Position numbers and translations under genes: made by a program. A stretch of 64,000 nt of DNA from Squalus acanthias (Eukaryota): positions 53,508,001-53,572,000 of the forward strand of contig CM059432.1 in the NCBI GenBank assembly GCA_030390025.1. The letters are read 5' to 3'. Every line of letters starts with the position of its first letter. Position 1 is the stretch's first letter. Shown here piece after piece: positions 26,253 to 38,640 of the stretch. Under the pieces are notes generated by a model, which ran no database searches, was not told the origin of the DNA, and worked only from the letters and a program-made list of their open reading frames with translations.

Positions 26253-26488
26253 TGTGGCGGATCACCACCTAAACGGGCGCAATCCACTTTTCCGTCCGTG
26301 GACAATAAATCGGGCACCTTGCCTTTAAGGCGCATGCTGCCTTTAAGGCATGAAAAAAGGAGTGGGCGTGGCCCTCAGGGTTTTGCAGAGAGAAGTTGTA
26401 GCAGCCATTTTACCAGGAGATGTAATTAAAAGCCATGTGTTCCACATATTGACTCGGCCTCAATTCGTGCTTCGCGGCAGCCACAACA
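26253..26488 (+). repeat. Gypsy 3' LTR
   Basis: Direct repeat of 22148-22383. Confidence 0.97.
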
Positions 26489-29119
26489 ATACAAACTAAA
26501 TTTGCACAGCCTCAACAAAAAAAAAGTCTCTCTAATCCTGTGAGACATAAGCAACAAGTTTATAGCTTGTGTGGGAATTGAAGTCCTCTGAGACACTCTG
26601 GGATACCACTGGTTTCCCACCATAGCTCTCACTGGAGAACAGCAAAACTCTCAGAAAAACAAACAAATGCAAGTTGTTTCTTTGCATCGGTCCTGATTGG
26701 AACAGTTTATTCTGTTCTGCTTGTGAGATCTTTATAGCAGACCAATTAAGAAGTAATAATGGCACAAAGTTTTGTAATTGTTTTGCAGACTCATACAAAG
26801 TTAAAATAATGCCTGTGAATTATCAGCAATACTCGTTAAATTGCTTCTAAGAACAAATCAATAAAGGATATTAATCTGGGTGAGGTGTAGAGAGGATTCT
26901 ATATAATTGAATTAATGATATAAACAACACACCCTATTCTTCAGTTTTCACTCTATGTGCAACACATTGCTATGGAGATGCAGTAATATTGGAGATCTGA
27001 AATATAAGCAACAACATTTTAATAGATATTGGGGGACACTTCACTGGCCTCTTCCTCTCCCATGACAAACCTTATATTACTTCTGAGATAAGAATATATT
27101 TATCAGAATTACACAGTTGCTTCAATATTTTATGAACAAATGATTGAATTGTTTGCATCGCATTATTCATAGGGCCAAAATGGAGAGGCAGAGAAAACTG
27201 ATACACAATATCAAAAGGTGTGTTGTATGTGCACTGACAAACACAAAAATACTAAAGTTCCGCCTAAAGCTCCTTGAAAAAAGTCATAACCTTTTGATTG
27301 GTAAAAATCTGAGTGGCTTACTGAGCTGATCCATACATTTAGTACAAGCCACATAAAAGTAGTTGAAGATGAAGAGGCCTATTTTCCTCTAGGCCTTGTG
27401 CTTGGGCACCAAGCAGCTGGAGTGCATCCAAAGTGAGCTCCACTTGTAATGATCTGAACCTGTCTGTATTTGTGGGGTCTGATCATTTAAATGGCCCAGA
27501 CACTCTTCCCGACCTAGCACCTGCAATAGGAGAGAGGAAAGCCTGAAAGGTTGCAGCAGCAGCAATGGCCGCAGTGGTCAGAGCCTTCCAGTTCCAACAG
27601 CAATGAGAACATCTCCAGCTGATACCTGACTCAATGTCCCTGTTAAGAAAAAGAAGGGACTTAGCTTTAGGGACACTGCCTGCCCCTCTCTGATCCTCTG
27701 ATTTAAATAAAGTGTCTGACCTCAGCAGCTCTGCAATACGCAACTCTTAAGGCGCCATTTCCATATGGGGCAGATTTTCCTCTTTGCTGCAATGGTGGCA
27801 GATCTCTGTGGCATGCCTTATCCCCCGACCCTGGCCAATTTCCTGAGGTCAGGTAAATCATCATAATTTGGGTGGGCGTTTGTGCCATTTATTCCATGAC
27901 CTGGGGTGCCGTTGAAGGAAATTGCTGGAACATGTCGCTGCTGTGTGGTGTCAGCTAAAGGTCTGAATTATTTTTAAACTTCAGATAAAGGAAAGTGGTC
28001 ATGTGATGTATTCCCATCATTTGTGTCTAATTGTAAACTGTTTGGGCAGACGTATCGGCCCTGATCTCTACTGGGACGGGATTTCCAACTGGGGGTAGAA
28101 GTTCCCTGAGCGTTTGTCTCCACAGCATGCATGTTTTTTTTCCCACAAGATCCCCGCCGGAAATCAGCCGGATTGACAGTCTTGGCTCCCTGTCGGGTGA
28201 GGAATACTTCAGAAGAGGCCGCAGCCAGGAGCAGGTAAGTTCCTGCTGCTGGGTTTGAGATTGCGAGCGGGTGGGTGGATGGTTACAGCGGGGCTTGTAG
28301 CGTCTGGGAGTGATCACGGGGGGTCAGAGACAGATCGGAGGCAGAGAAAGGGAGTCGGGAGGGGTTTGATCGTGGGGGCAGGGTCTGATCACGGGGTGGG
28401 GGGGAATCTGATCATGGGAAGCAGGATAGCTGGAGGGCTGGGCAGAAGCACTCCTGCTTCCCTGGTCCACAACCAGTGCTGGAAAGGCACTTACCTCTTC
28501 CATACAGCAGTCCTCGCCTCCCTTTAGCTGCCAGGTTTCCTGTAGCCTGGGAAACCCGGCCAGCAAGGGTAAAACGTGGAAGATAGATAAAATCTGAGTC
28601 ATGCAGCCTCAGTAAAATATTTAAATGACAAACACGGAGTGCTTTGAGAAGAGCCCCCACTTCCATGTCCCCTCTCAACATCATCCCTCTCATGGGCCAT
28701 CCACACTTCCTTGCTAGCAAGGAGCTGAAGAGCACCTCATGATGACATTTCACTGGATGCTGACATCAGTCATCATATGAGTGACTATTGTATGCCACGT
28801 GGCTGTATGAGATTTAATTCTGTCACCAGGTTGCTGAGAGGTCCCCCTCTCTCCGTCTCCCACAGCCAGCAGCTCTGCAACTCCAGAGATCTCCAGGGCC
28901 TCCTCCTCTGCTGGAGTCAATTGACTGAAGACTGGAGGGCCACCTCTGGTTCTCTGTCTCTCCCTATTGTTGTGGGCTCTCTTCTCCTGCAAGGAGGGAA
29001 AGAAGATAACTTTGAGTGAGAGTGATTGAATGAGTGTATGGAATGAATGGGCTACATCTGTAGAGGGTGACTATGAGGGAGTGGCGTGACATTGCCAAAT
29101 GGCCTCCTTCTGTGGTGTT

Positions 29120-30376
29120 ATAGAATAGAATCATAGAAAGTTACAGCACGGAAGGAGGCCATTTCGTCCCATCATGTCCACGGCCGGCCGACAAATAGCT
29201 ATCCAGCCTAATCCTGCTTTCTAGCTCTTGGTCCATAGCCCTGTAGGTTACGGTACTTCAAGTGCACATCCAAGCACTTTTTAAATGTGGTGAGGGTTTC
29301 TGCCTCTACCACCCTTTCCGGCAGTGAGTTCCAGACCCCCACCACCCTCTAGGTGAAGAAATTTCCCCTCAAATCCCCTCTAAACCTCCTACCAATTACT
29401 TTAAATCTATGCCCCCTGGTTGTTGACCCCTCTGCTAAGGGAAATACGTCTGTCTTGTCCACTCTATCTAGGCCCCTCATAACTTTTATACAACTCAATA
29501 AGGTCTCCCCTCAGCCTCCTCTGTTCCAAAGAAAACAAACCCAGCCTATCCAATCTTTCCTCATAGCTAAGATTCTCCAGTCTAGGCAACATCCTTGTAA
29601 ATCTCCTCTGTACCCTCTCTAGTGCAATCACATCTTTCCTGTAATGTGGTGACCAGAACTGCACGCAGTACTATAGCTGTGGCCTAACTACAGGAAACTC
29701 TCGTTTAAACGGCACCTAAATGTCCGGAATTCTCTAATAACTGGCAGAATTCATACTCCGAAAACTACAGTATACAGTCGTTTATAAGTTTTGTTTTACT
29801 GTTAAGTAATTAAAGAGTTATGGATTACCCTCAACTGGCATTACTGTACTTAATCAAGCATCTTCCACCATCCATTTAACACAACATTCTGTAGGGGAGT
29901 ACCCAATTATACTGCACATTTCTTGATTTTTTTATTTTTGTTTGTTAAAAATAGCCTCGGTAGATATACCTCTCCGTTATCCGGAATTTTTAATCAACCG
30001 GCACCATCCCGGTCCCGTCGGTGCCGGATACGAAAGAGTTTCCTGTAGTTTTTTATACAGTTCAAGCATAACCTCACTGCTCTTGTATTCTATGCCTCAG
30101 CTAATAAAGGCAAGTATTCCGTATGCCTTCTTAACCACCTTATCTACTTGGCCTGCTACCTTCAGGGATCTGTGGACCTGCACTCCAAGGTCCCTTTGTT
30201 CCTCTAAACTTCTCAGTGTCCTACCATTTAATGTGTATTCCCTTTCCTTGTTAGCCCTCCCCAAATGCATTACCTCACACTTCTCTGGATTGAATTCCAT
30301 TTGCCACTGTTCTGCCCACCTGACCAGTTCATTGCAATCTTCCTGAAGTCTACAGCTTTCTTCTTCATTATCAACC
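29120..30376 (-). mobile_element. CR1 3' fragment inside the Harbinger intron
   Basis: MEFNPEKCEVMHLG and [23 protein letters not shown]. Confidence 0.9.
29691..30045. mobile_element. Tc1/mariner (pogo/Tigger-like) MITE
   Basis: ~25-bp TIRs CAGGAAACTCT...CGGCAC with a TA duplication on both sides; the CR1 sequence is continuous once it is removed. Confidence 0.88.
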
Positions 30377-31249
30377 GTATAATGTTACTTGCTATGATTG
30401 CATTAGGATGAGGGTGCAGTGTCAGTGGTGGTTAGTCAGATGGGGATGTGAGTAGGTACATAGACAGAGAGGGATGGATGGACCTGCAAGATAGGTTAGT
30501 GTGAGGAGTGACGTGCAGGAGTAGGATTGGAAAGGCAGAGTGATGGGGTAGTGGTGACAGGCCCATCAGGATGTAGGTGAGTGTGGCATTGCACTTACCT
30601 TTCTTGACCTCATGAGATCATTGAATCTTTTGCGGCATTGGATCCATGTCCTCCTGACAACATTCCTTCTGCTGACCTCCTCTGCGATCTCCAGTCATGC
30701 CCTTCTTGTGTCTTTGGGTGGTCATTTTCGTTGATCGCCAGGGAAGAGGACCTCCCTGCGTGCTCTTACTACCTGCACCAGAACTTCCAGGGAGGCATCG
30801 GTGAATCCTGGCACGGAACTCTGCCTTGTCTCTATGACCCAGTTTTATTGCGTTATTGAGACCTCTGGAAACTACTCCTACATCAACCTTCAAATGAGAT
30901 GTGTGCAAGGCTGCTTGAAATATCCGTGCTGGAAACGAGTTATCGGTGATGTCATCTGACCTGCTCCATTTAATTGGGCGGGGAAATGCGCATGACTGTT
31001 TTAATTGAGGCCATTAAGTTAAACGCGCAATGCAGAACATGCTGTTCACATCTTCGGGTTCCCGACCCACTACACAGCCTGCACGCATGCAACCCAACTC
31101 CAAGGTAAAGATTCCAGCCATATTGTTGGGCAAACAGTTTTGGAATTTCCTTGAGCTAAATGGTGGTCCATTATCTTATATAACCTCATTTGGAATGCCA
31201 TGGTGTGAAAAATGAGCTTTCATCCGAGCTATCGCTGCTTTCCCTGTTT

Positions 31250-32900
31250 TATTGGTCTGTCTAAGAGATCAGAGTCATAGTCAGGACAAATGAGATAGCT
31301 TCTTCCATCTGTTTCAAACAGATCAAAGACTATTTTCTCTCAAGACCTTTCAGGTATTTCGTGGCTAATAAGCAGTTTCTTTTGCTGTTGGCCTTGATCA
31401 TCAGAGGCAAGTAAATCACTTATGTTGCTCTAAGTGTACTGTGCACTTAAATGATCTGTGGCTTTCATCCCTTCTTCTGTCTACTCGATCCCCCTTGAAT
31501 ATCCACCCTGTACGCTGAGTTCATTTTCATTGTTGAAGTACACAGCAATCTGGGATGGCAATGCTCTTGTGTCAGGCCATCTTTTGCTCAGTGATTCTAA
31601 ACCATTTCAGATTTTCATCTACCCCAGTGGCTTGCTTAGTCGTGATCATTGTATGCTCAGATAGGAATAACCATTACAACATATTGATGGTTTTAATCTT
31701 TTTTATGTTTCCAAATTTTCATCAATTAACATGAGACTAATTAGACCTTTTCAAAATGGCTTCAAGCAGTTTATGATTACTTTCCACAATGATTTTCTTT
31801 CTAAAGACATACAATTCAAACTTTTCAAAACCAAAAACCATAGGCTACAATTTTCTTTTTGATCTTAGCATAATTTACCTCTGTTTCCATTAGAGATCTT
31901 CAGGCATAAACCACAGGCTGGTCTTTTTGTATGAGACGCACTCTCAGTCCTCTTTCAGATGTCCCACTGTAGAAGTGCAGCCTTGTTGATGTCGAAGTAT
32001 TATAGTACTGGTGTTGAGAGGTGATCCTTTTAACTTCATCCAGACACTTCCCATAGTGACAGTCTCAAGTCAATTTCTTTCTTTAGCAGATCATAAAAAG
32101 GTATGTTTATGTTTGATATCTTTGGAGCAAACTTATTGCATATTGAAATTCCAAGGAATTCTCCAAATGCCTTGTTTGTTGATGGGCGACAACATCATAA
32201 GCATTGCTTTAACTTTAGTAAGACCGCATTTAATCAATCTTCAGGGCCAACGGCCTAAATATTTTTTTATTATTTCCTCGAACCTCACTTTATCTTTGTT
32301 CAGTTTGATATCTTTTTGTTATCATTGCTTTAACAGGGCTTCCAGTATCTAATCATGATCCTGTACCATAGACTATCTGCCACAACAACAGTTCCTTACA
32401 GATTTTCAAGTGGCTCATGAGTTTTCTCCGAAATTGCTCAGGAGCTGGAGAGATTATAAATGACATATGCAACCATCTGTGTCTTCCAAATGGTGTTGAC
32501 AAGATGCTCAGCAGACTCAATTCTTCATCTAATGCAAAATGGCAAAACCCATTCTTTGTATCCACAACCATGATTGAATATTTTCACTTCTGCTAGTTCA
32601 GGCAGAGTATCATCTATAGTTCAAAGGAGATAGGGATTGTTTGTGGGCTTTGGATAGATGTACAGGTGCACTTTATCGTTCCCTTTCATTACTATCATCA
32701 TTGTAGAGATCCAATCAGTCAGGACACTGATTTGGGTGTTTATTTCTTTCAGCTGTTATGCTGTTGATTTGCTAACTTTACCTATGTCAACAAAAGTTTT
32801 CAGTGTCAGTTTTGGCTCTTGGGAATGTCTCTTTGGTATCCCAATAACTATTTTCTATGATTAGACTTTTTTCTTAAGCTCATGGTTATGGCTAAAGTAT
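31250..32900 (-). pseudogene. pol: Highly decayed Gypsy-type pol remnant
   Basis: RT-like VDTKNGFCHFALDEELSLLSILSTPFGRHRWLHMSF and RNase H-like SLMETEVNYAKI...AMVFGFEKF. Boundaries approximate. Confidence 0.7.
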
Positions 32901-34609
32901 GGATACTTGTTACACATAACTTTATTGATTCATCAACATCTGAGTCCTGGTCACTGAATATTTAACATCCAGAATTAGTAATCTCATAGTTAGGGATCCT
33001 CTGGGGAAGAGTGATCATGATATGATAGAATTTCACATTGAGTTCAAGAGTGACGTACTTAAATTAAACTTAAATAAATCCAATTACATAGGTATGAGGG
33101 GTGAGTTGGCTAAGGTAGATTGGGAAGTTAGACTAAAAGGTATGACAGTAGATAAGTAATGGTGAATATTTAAAGAATTATTTCATAATTCTCAATTAAT
33201 ATACATTCCATTGAGAAATAAAAACTCCCCGAGAAAGTGAACCATCTGTGGCTAACTAAAGAATTTAATGATAGTACTAGATTAAAAGAAGAGGTTTATA
33301 ACATTGCCAAGAACAGTCATAAGCCTGAGGATTGGGAGAGCTTTAGAAACCAGCAAAGGATGACCAAAAATTTGATAAAGAGGGAGAAAATAGAATATGA
33401 GAGTAAACTGGCAAGAAATATAAAAACAGACTTTCAGAGCTTCCACAAGTACGTAAAAAGGAAGAGAGTAGTTAAAGTAAATGTGGGTCCCTTAGAGGCT
33501 GAGACAGGAGAAATTACAACAGTGAATAAGGAATTGGCAAAGACGTTAAACCAATATTTTGTCTCTGTCTTCACAGTAGAAGACACAAAAAACATACCCA
33601 AAATAATGGGGAACCAAGGGGAGAGTGAGGAACTTAAAGTAATAAATATTATTAAAGAAAAAGTGCTGGAGAAATTAATGGGACTAAAAGCCGACAAATC
33701 CCCTCAACTTGATGGCCTACATTCTAGAAGAGGTGGCTGCAGTGATAGTTGATGCATTGGTTGTGATATTCCAAAATTCGCTAGATTCTAGAACGGTCCC
33801 AGAGGATTGGATGGTAGCAAATGCAACACAGCTATTCAAGAAAGGAGGGAGAGAGAAAGCAGGGAACTACAGGCCAGTTAGCCTGACATCAGTTGTCGGG
33901 AAACTGCTAGAATCCGTTATTAAGGAAGTAGAAACAGCACACTTAGAAAATCATAATATGATTAGGCAGTCAACATGGTTTTATGAAAAGAGAAATATAT
34001 TGGAATTTGTTGAGGATGTAACTAGAAGGGTCGATAAAGGGGAACCAGTGGATGTAGTATATTTGGATTTTCAAAAGGCATTCGGTAAGGTGCCACACGA
34101 AAGGTTATTACATAAGATAAGGATAGAGGATTGGTTAAAGGACAGAAAACAGAGAGTAGGAATCAATGAGTCATTTTCAGGTTGGCAGGCTGTTACTAGT
34201 GGGGTGTCGCAAGGATCAGCTATTTACAATCTATATTAATGATTTAGATGAAGGGACCGAGTGTAATGGATCCAAGTTTGCTGATGATACAAAGCTAGAT
34301 GGGAAAATAAGCTGTGAGGAGGAAACAGAGGGCTGGATTTTGTCATGGGGGTGGGCTAGGGGCGTGTCAGGTGGTCGGCGTGTTAGGACCCCGCCTCCGA
34401 TGTGAGTCGGGACAAAAGTGCGATTTTGCCCAAATTGGGCACTTGATTTCCAGCGTGTAAGAACCCCTGGCTCAATGAGTCTTTTGATACTGAAACTCAC
34501 CTCCGATGATGTCATCTATGCAGCTGGATTTAAGGCCTGCAAGCAGCCTTGGTTCTTTTTCAGCTTTTCAACTTATTCATTATACTTCTGAGGGATTCCT
34601 ACTGCTACT

Positions 34610-36591
34610 ATGTCCAGCACCAGACCAAAGTATGCACCCAGATTCGATGAGGCCTCCCTCCAAAGCTCTGGAGGGAGCAAGAGCAAACAAGGAAGTGCTC
34701 TTTCCTTCCTCAGGGAGGAAAAAGCCTCCACAACAGACTAAATCTGTCTGGCTGCAAGTGGCACAGGAGGTGAATGCGATTTCAAAGTACAGCAGAACCT
34801 GGCTGCAGTGCTGAAAGAGGTTTCATGACCATCTCCGCACAGGAAAAGTGAGTATTCTATCCCCATGACCCTCAATCTGATCCCCATCGCCTCTCATCAC
34901 CAGCATTCTGCTTTGTCAACCTCCTCCTCCACATCCCATTTCACCCTTACATCCCTGCACCCTTACCCATTCCCTCTCTGTATGTTCACATTCACTTACC
35001 TATTCGACTATGCAGCCCTCACACTCCCTATCACTGTGATGCTATAACAACAACTTACAACACACAGGGAGGGCCTTTGATCTTGGAACCTCACTCCATC
35101 TTTGAGTCCTTCTAAGCATCTATGCTATGGATTCGCTACACTCACTCCTTCATTCTCACTCAAACTCCACTTGTGTCCCTCATTGCCGGAAAAGAGAGCC
35201 CACAATAAGAGGGAGAGGGTGAGGACAGGAGGAGGGCCACCCTCAATAGCCCAGCTCACCACTGCGGAGGAGGCGGCCCTGGAGATCGTGGGAGTAGAGG
35301 AGGATGCGCAAGTGGGGGATGGACAGACGGGCGCATCAGAGCAAGCTGGTGACAGAATAGTTTTTCATCTCTCTCATTGACATTGCATGAGTGGCTGATA
35401 TTGATTCTGATGCTCTAACAGATTGACTTATGATCATCTGCACAATTCAATGTGCATGCAACGTTTATCTCACATGTCTAACTCTTTCCTTTACTCCGCC
35501 ACAGGACCATCGACAGCCCCCCTCCCCACTGTACAGGAGGAACAGCCTGAGCGCCCAGACTCCTCAGAGGAAGCTGCAACCTCTGAGGGCGCAGCGTCTG
35601 CAGAATTCAGCACACCCAGCACCAGCGCAGACACTCACACCTCGGTGGGACCTTCGGGACATAGAGGAGAGTTGTCACCTGGTGTATCACAGCTCACAAG
35701 TGAGCATCAGCAGATGGTGCAGACAGGGACAGCAGTGGAGAGTCCTCGTCGGAGGCCGCAGGACTCTCCCAGCTCGATTCCGCTGCATGTCGACCCTGTG
35801 CCTCCGGGTCCATCCAGAAGGAGAGTGGTGCTGGAACTCCAGGAACAGGTGCAGGAGTCTCTGGCAGGTTTTGTCTCCAGGGTCGCTGTGAGTGTGGAGC
35901 GAATGGAGGAGACCATCGCTAACATGAGCAGGGCCTTTGTGGAGGCGTTGGAGCATGAACTCATCACCATGGAAAGGATGGAAACCTCCGTGGAAAGGAT
36001 GGCTACCTCCGTGGTAAGGCTGGCTACCGTAGAGGAGAGGATGGCTACAGCCTTGGAGGAGCTTAATCGACAGGGTCTTGAAAACATGGTCATAGTTCAG
36101 AATAGAATGACATCTCTTGAGGAGCGATGGTCAGCTATTGAGCAGAGAACCCAGACCTTCATGGAAGTCCTCTGGAGTAGGACTTCAGTGCAGAAACGGT
36201 TCCTCATGGCCCCCCTGAAGTGCAGCAAGGTGCTGTCAAGCCACTTGCTAGCTCTGAAGTGGGGCTGACCCATGAGAGGGATGTTGGTGGCAGACAACAA
36301 GGAAGTGGGGGCTCCTCTCCAAGCGCTCACACGACCATGCCACTGCAGAGCCCTCGGTCAGAGCCCCACCAGAGTCCTCACCCAACTGAGATCGGCGTCT
36401 CAGCCCCTGCACAGCCGCAGGAGCAGCAGACTGTTACCGAGCCCTCACAGGCTCGCAACCCCAGAGGACGCCCGCCAAAGGTGTCGAGGCAGGAGCAGCA
36501 AGAAAGTGAGCATGGGGCCTCCACATCTGCTGAAGCCACAGGGGAAGCACCACATAGGAGCACGCGTAAGAGGAAGATAAAACACAAGTAG
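34610..36591 (+). pseudogene. Harbinger Myb/SANT-like (trihelix) DNA-binding gene, 3 exons, disrupted
   Basis: Exons ~34610-34847, 35189-35348 and 35505-36591. Motifs APRFDEASL...WLQVAQEVN...RTWLQC*KRF and RTGGGP. Frameshifts, an in-frame TGA, and an exon-2 acceptor reading CCG instead of CAG. Confidence 0.82.
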
Positions 36592-36849
36592 TCACAAGGG
36601 TAGTCACTTGGGTGTTATGTTGTGTTTATTTTTTAAATGCCATCCGTTGATTGTTGTGATAAAAAATTCTGATGGCAAACTGTTGAAGTTGTGGCCTGTG
36701 TCATTTCGCAAATGGGACTTCCTCATTGAGGGCTTAGGGTGACTTGCAATTGTCAGTATGGTGGTCAGAGTGATAGGAATCCACAGGTTCTTGGCCATTG
36801 TCAATGCTCTGGTAAGAAGGTACGAAGCAAAAGTGTTTGATTGGCCAGG

Positions 36850-38103
36850 CTAAGCAAATCTGGCCAAGATAAGTGCGTCCCTTGCATCCCAGGCAGCAAT
36901 GTGCTCGCGTGCTGCTGCCGCTGGTTGATGCACCTCTGCAAGCTGTTCATTGTCGCTCTCCTCCTCCTCCTCCTCCTCCTCCTCCTCATCTGAGGAGGCT
37001 ATGCGATGAGCCACTTGTTCCTCAGGCATCTGCAAGCCACGATGCTGTGCCATGTTGTGAAGTGCACAGCAGACCACGACGATTCTGGAGACCCTGGCTG
37101 CTGAGTACTGCAGGGCTCCACCTGATCTATCAAGGCATCTGAAGTGCATCTTCAGCAAGCCGATGGTTTGCTCGATTATGAATCTGGTGGAAATGTGGCT
37201 GGAGTTGTAACGCTCCTCAGCTTCGTTGGATGGGCTCCTCAACGACGTCATTAGCCACGTCTTCAGGGGATAGCCCTTGTCTCCAAGTAGCCATCCGAAA
37301 AGTTGATCTGGCGGACTGAAGAGCGGAGGCACACTAGACTGGCGCAGGATGAAGGAGTCATGGCAACTGCCAGGGTACTTGGCGCAAACATGCAAAATTT
37401 CCTTCTTGTGGTCACACACCAGCTGCACGTTGAGGGAGTGGAAGCCCTTGTGGTTGACAAAAATACCTGGATTGTGATGGGGTGCCTGAAGGGCCACATG
37501 TGTGCAGTCAACGATGCCCTGCACCCTTGGAAAGCCTGCCAGATTAGCGAATCCAACCGCACACGTGCTTACACTTGTTTGATCCTTGCAGAACTTAATG
37601 TAATTGTGCGCGATGGCAAAGAGGACATCGGTTACCTGTGTGATGCAAGTGTGTGCGGCCGCCTGGGAGACGCCGCTGATGTCTGCTGTTGATCCCTGGA
37701 ATGAGCCTGAAGCAAAAAAGTTGAGTGTGGTGGTGACTTTGACGGCCACTGGTAAGGGGTGTCCACCTGCTCCTCTGGGCTCCAGGTCTTGCTGCAGCAT
37801 TGCGCAGATGTCACCCACTACCTTTCGCGAAAGTCTGAGCCTCCTTTGGCACTGCTGCTCAGTCATGTTGAGGTAGCTCATCCTCTGTCTGTAAACCCTG
37901 TTTTGGGGGTATCTCCTGCGGCGACTTGCTTCCATGCACTGGCGCCTTCTTGCCTGTGCAGCTTCAGGTGGGTGAGCAGCAGGTTGGTGCTCCTGTTGTT
38001 GCTCCTGCTGTTGGTGCTGCTGTTGTTCAGGGTTCTGCTGCTGCCGCGGCTGGTCTTCGTCCGAATCTGATGTCCGGGAGGAAAGGAAATAAATGGTTCC
38101 CAT
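36850..38103 (-). CDS. Harbinger DDE transposase, 417-aa uninterrupted ORF
   Basis: [65 protein letters not shown] and an acidic tail. Confidence 0.93.
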   Translation of the reverse strand: MGTIYFLSSRTSDSDEDQPRQQQNPEQQQHQQQEQQQEHQPAAHPPEAAQARRRQCMEASRRRRYPQNRVYRQRMSYLNMTEQQCQRRLRLSRKVVGDICAMLQQDLEPRGAGGHPLPVAVKVTTTLNFFASGSFQGSTADISGVSQAAAHTCITQVTDVLFAIAHNYIKFCKDQTSVSTCAVGFANLAGFPRVQGIVDCTHVALQAPHHNPGIFVNHKGFHSLNVQLVCDHKKEILHVCAKYPGSCHDSFILRQSSVPPLFSPPDQLFGWLLGDKGYPLKTWLMTSLRSPSNEAEERYNSSHISTRFIIEQTIGLLKMHFRCLDRSGGALQYSAARVSRIVVVCCALHNMAQHRGLQMPEEQVAHRIASSDEEEEEEEEEESDNEQLAEVHQPAAAAREHIAAWDARDALILARFA

Positions 38104-38640
38104 TCTTCTGGTATATACCTCAGTTGAGGAAGCGCTCAGTCAATGTGGGGAGAGGGGTTTCCCAGAAGGTCACACTAGAGATGGGTCTCAGGCTCCAAAC
38201 TTCCACAACAATGAGTAGGCCTGCTAAAAGTTCCCCCAGACCTGAGACAACAAAGTTCTGCCACCTGCAAATGATGATTGCTGAAAACTCCTTTTTAATG
38301 GTGGATCTGCTGCTGTTAGTAAGCAATCCACTTGTGAGGCCGCCAGGATTAACTGGTGTGTTCCAGAGGAGACGTGCAGCACGGTGGAAAAGTGTTAAAT
38401 TCAGAAAGGCACTAAACTGGTTGTTAAGGGCCTTAAGGGCCTATCCCGCCTCTTGGAGGCGGGATGGAAACGGGGTCTGAAACCCCGATTCTGGGAAAAT
38501 TGCTCGGAGGTGGGCTGGAGGCAGGATTGGAGCTGCTTGCCATTTTTTGCGATTTTAACACCTCACACGCCTCCAATCCCGCCTCCTCGGGCCTGGCAAA
38601 ATCGAGCCCAGAGTCTGCAAAGGGATATAGGCAGGTGACT

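Larger units (their letters stand above)
22148..26488 (+). mobile_element. Full-length Ty3/Gypsy LTR retrotransposon, CsRn1-like clade
   Basis: 236-bp LTRs (TG...CA), TSD ATAC, PBS TGGTGACCCCGA, G-rich PPT at 26242-26249, and gag-PR-RT-RH-IN domain order. Confidence 0.97.
28057..31119 (-). mobile_element. Harbinger derivative retaining two Myb/SANT gene exons
   Basis: Exon 1 at ~30830-30597 (PRFTDASLEVL...RRTWIQCRKRFNDL, then GTAAGT) and exon 2 at ~28990-28826 (EKRAHNNRERQRT.GGPP). Imperfect TIRs GGCCCTGATCTCTAC / GGCTGGAATCTTTAC. Confidence 0.75.
34330..38609. mobile_element. Full-length two-gene PIF/Harbinger transposon
   Basis: TIRs GGGCTGGATTTTGTCA / GGGCTCGATTTTGCCA, AGA on both flanks, and convergent Myb/SANT and transposase genes. 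Confidence 0.93.

Noticed and set aside
36850..38103. Host HARBI1 gene
   Set aside because: It is flanked by TIRs, paired with a Myb gene and inserted in a LINE, so it is a transposon copy.
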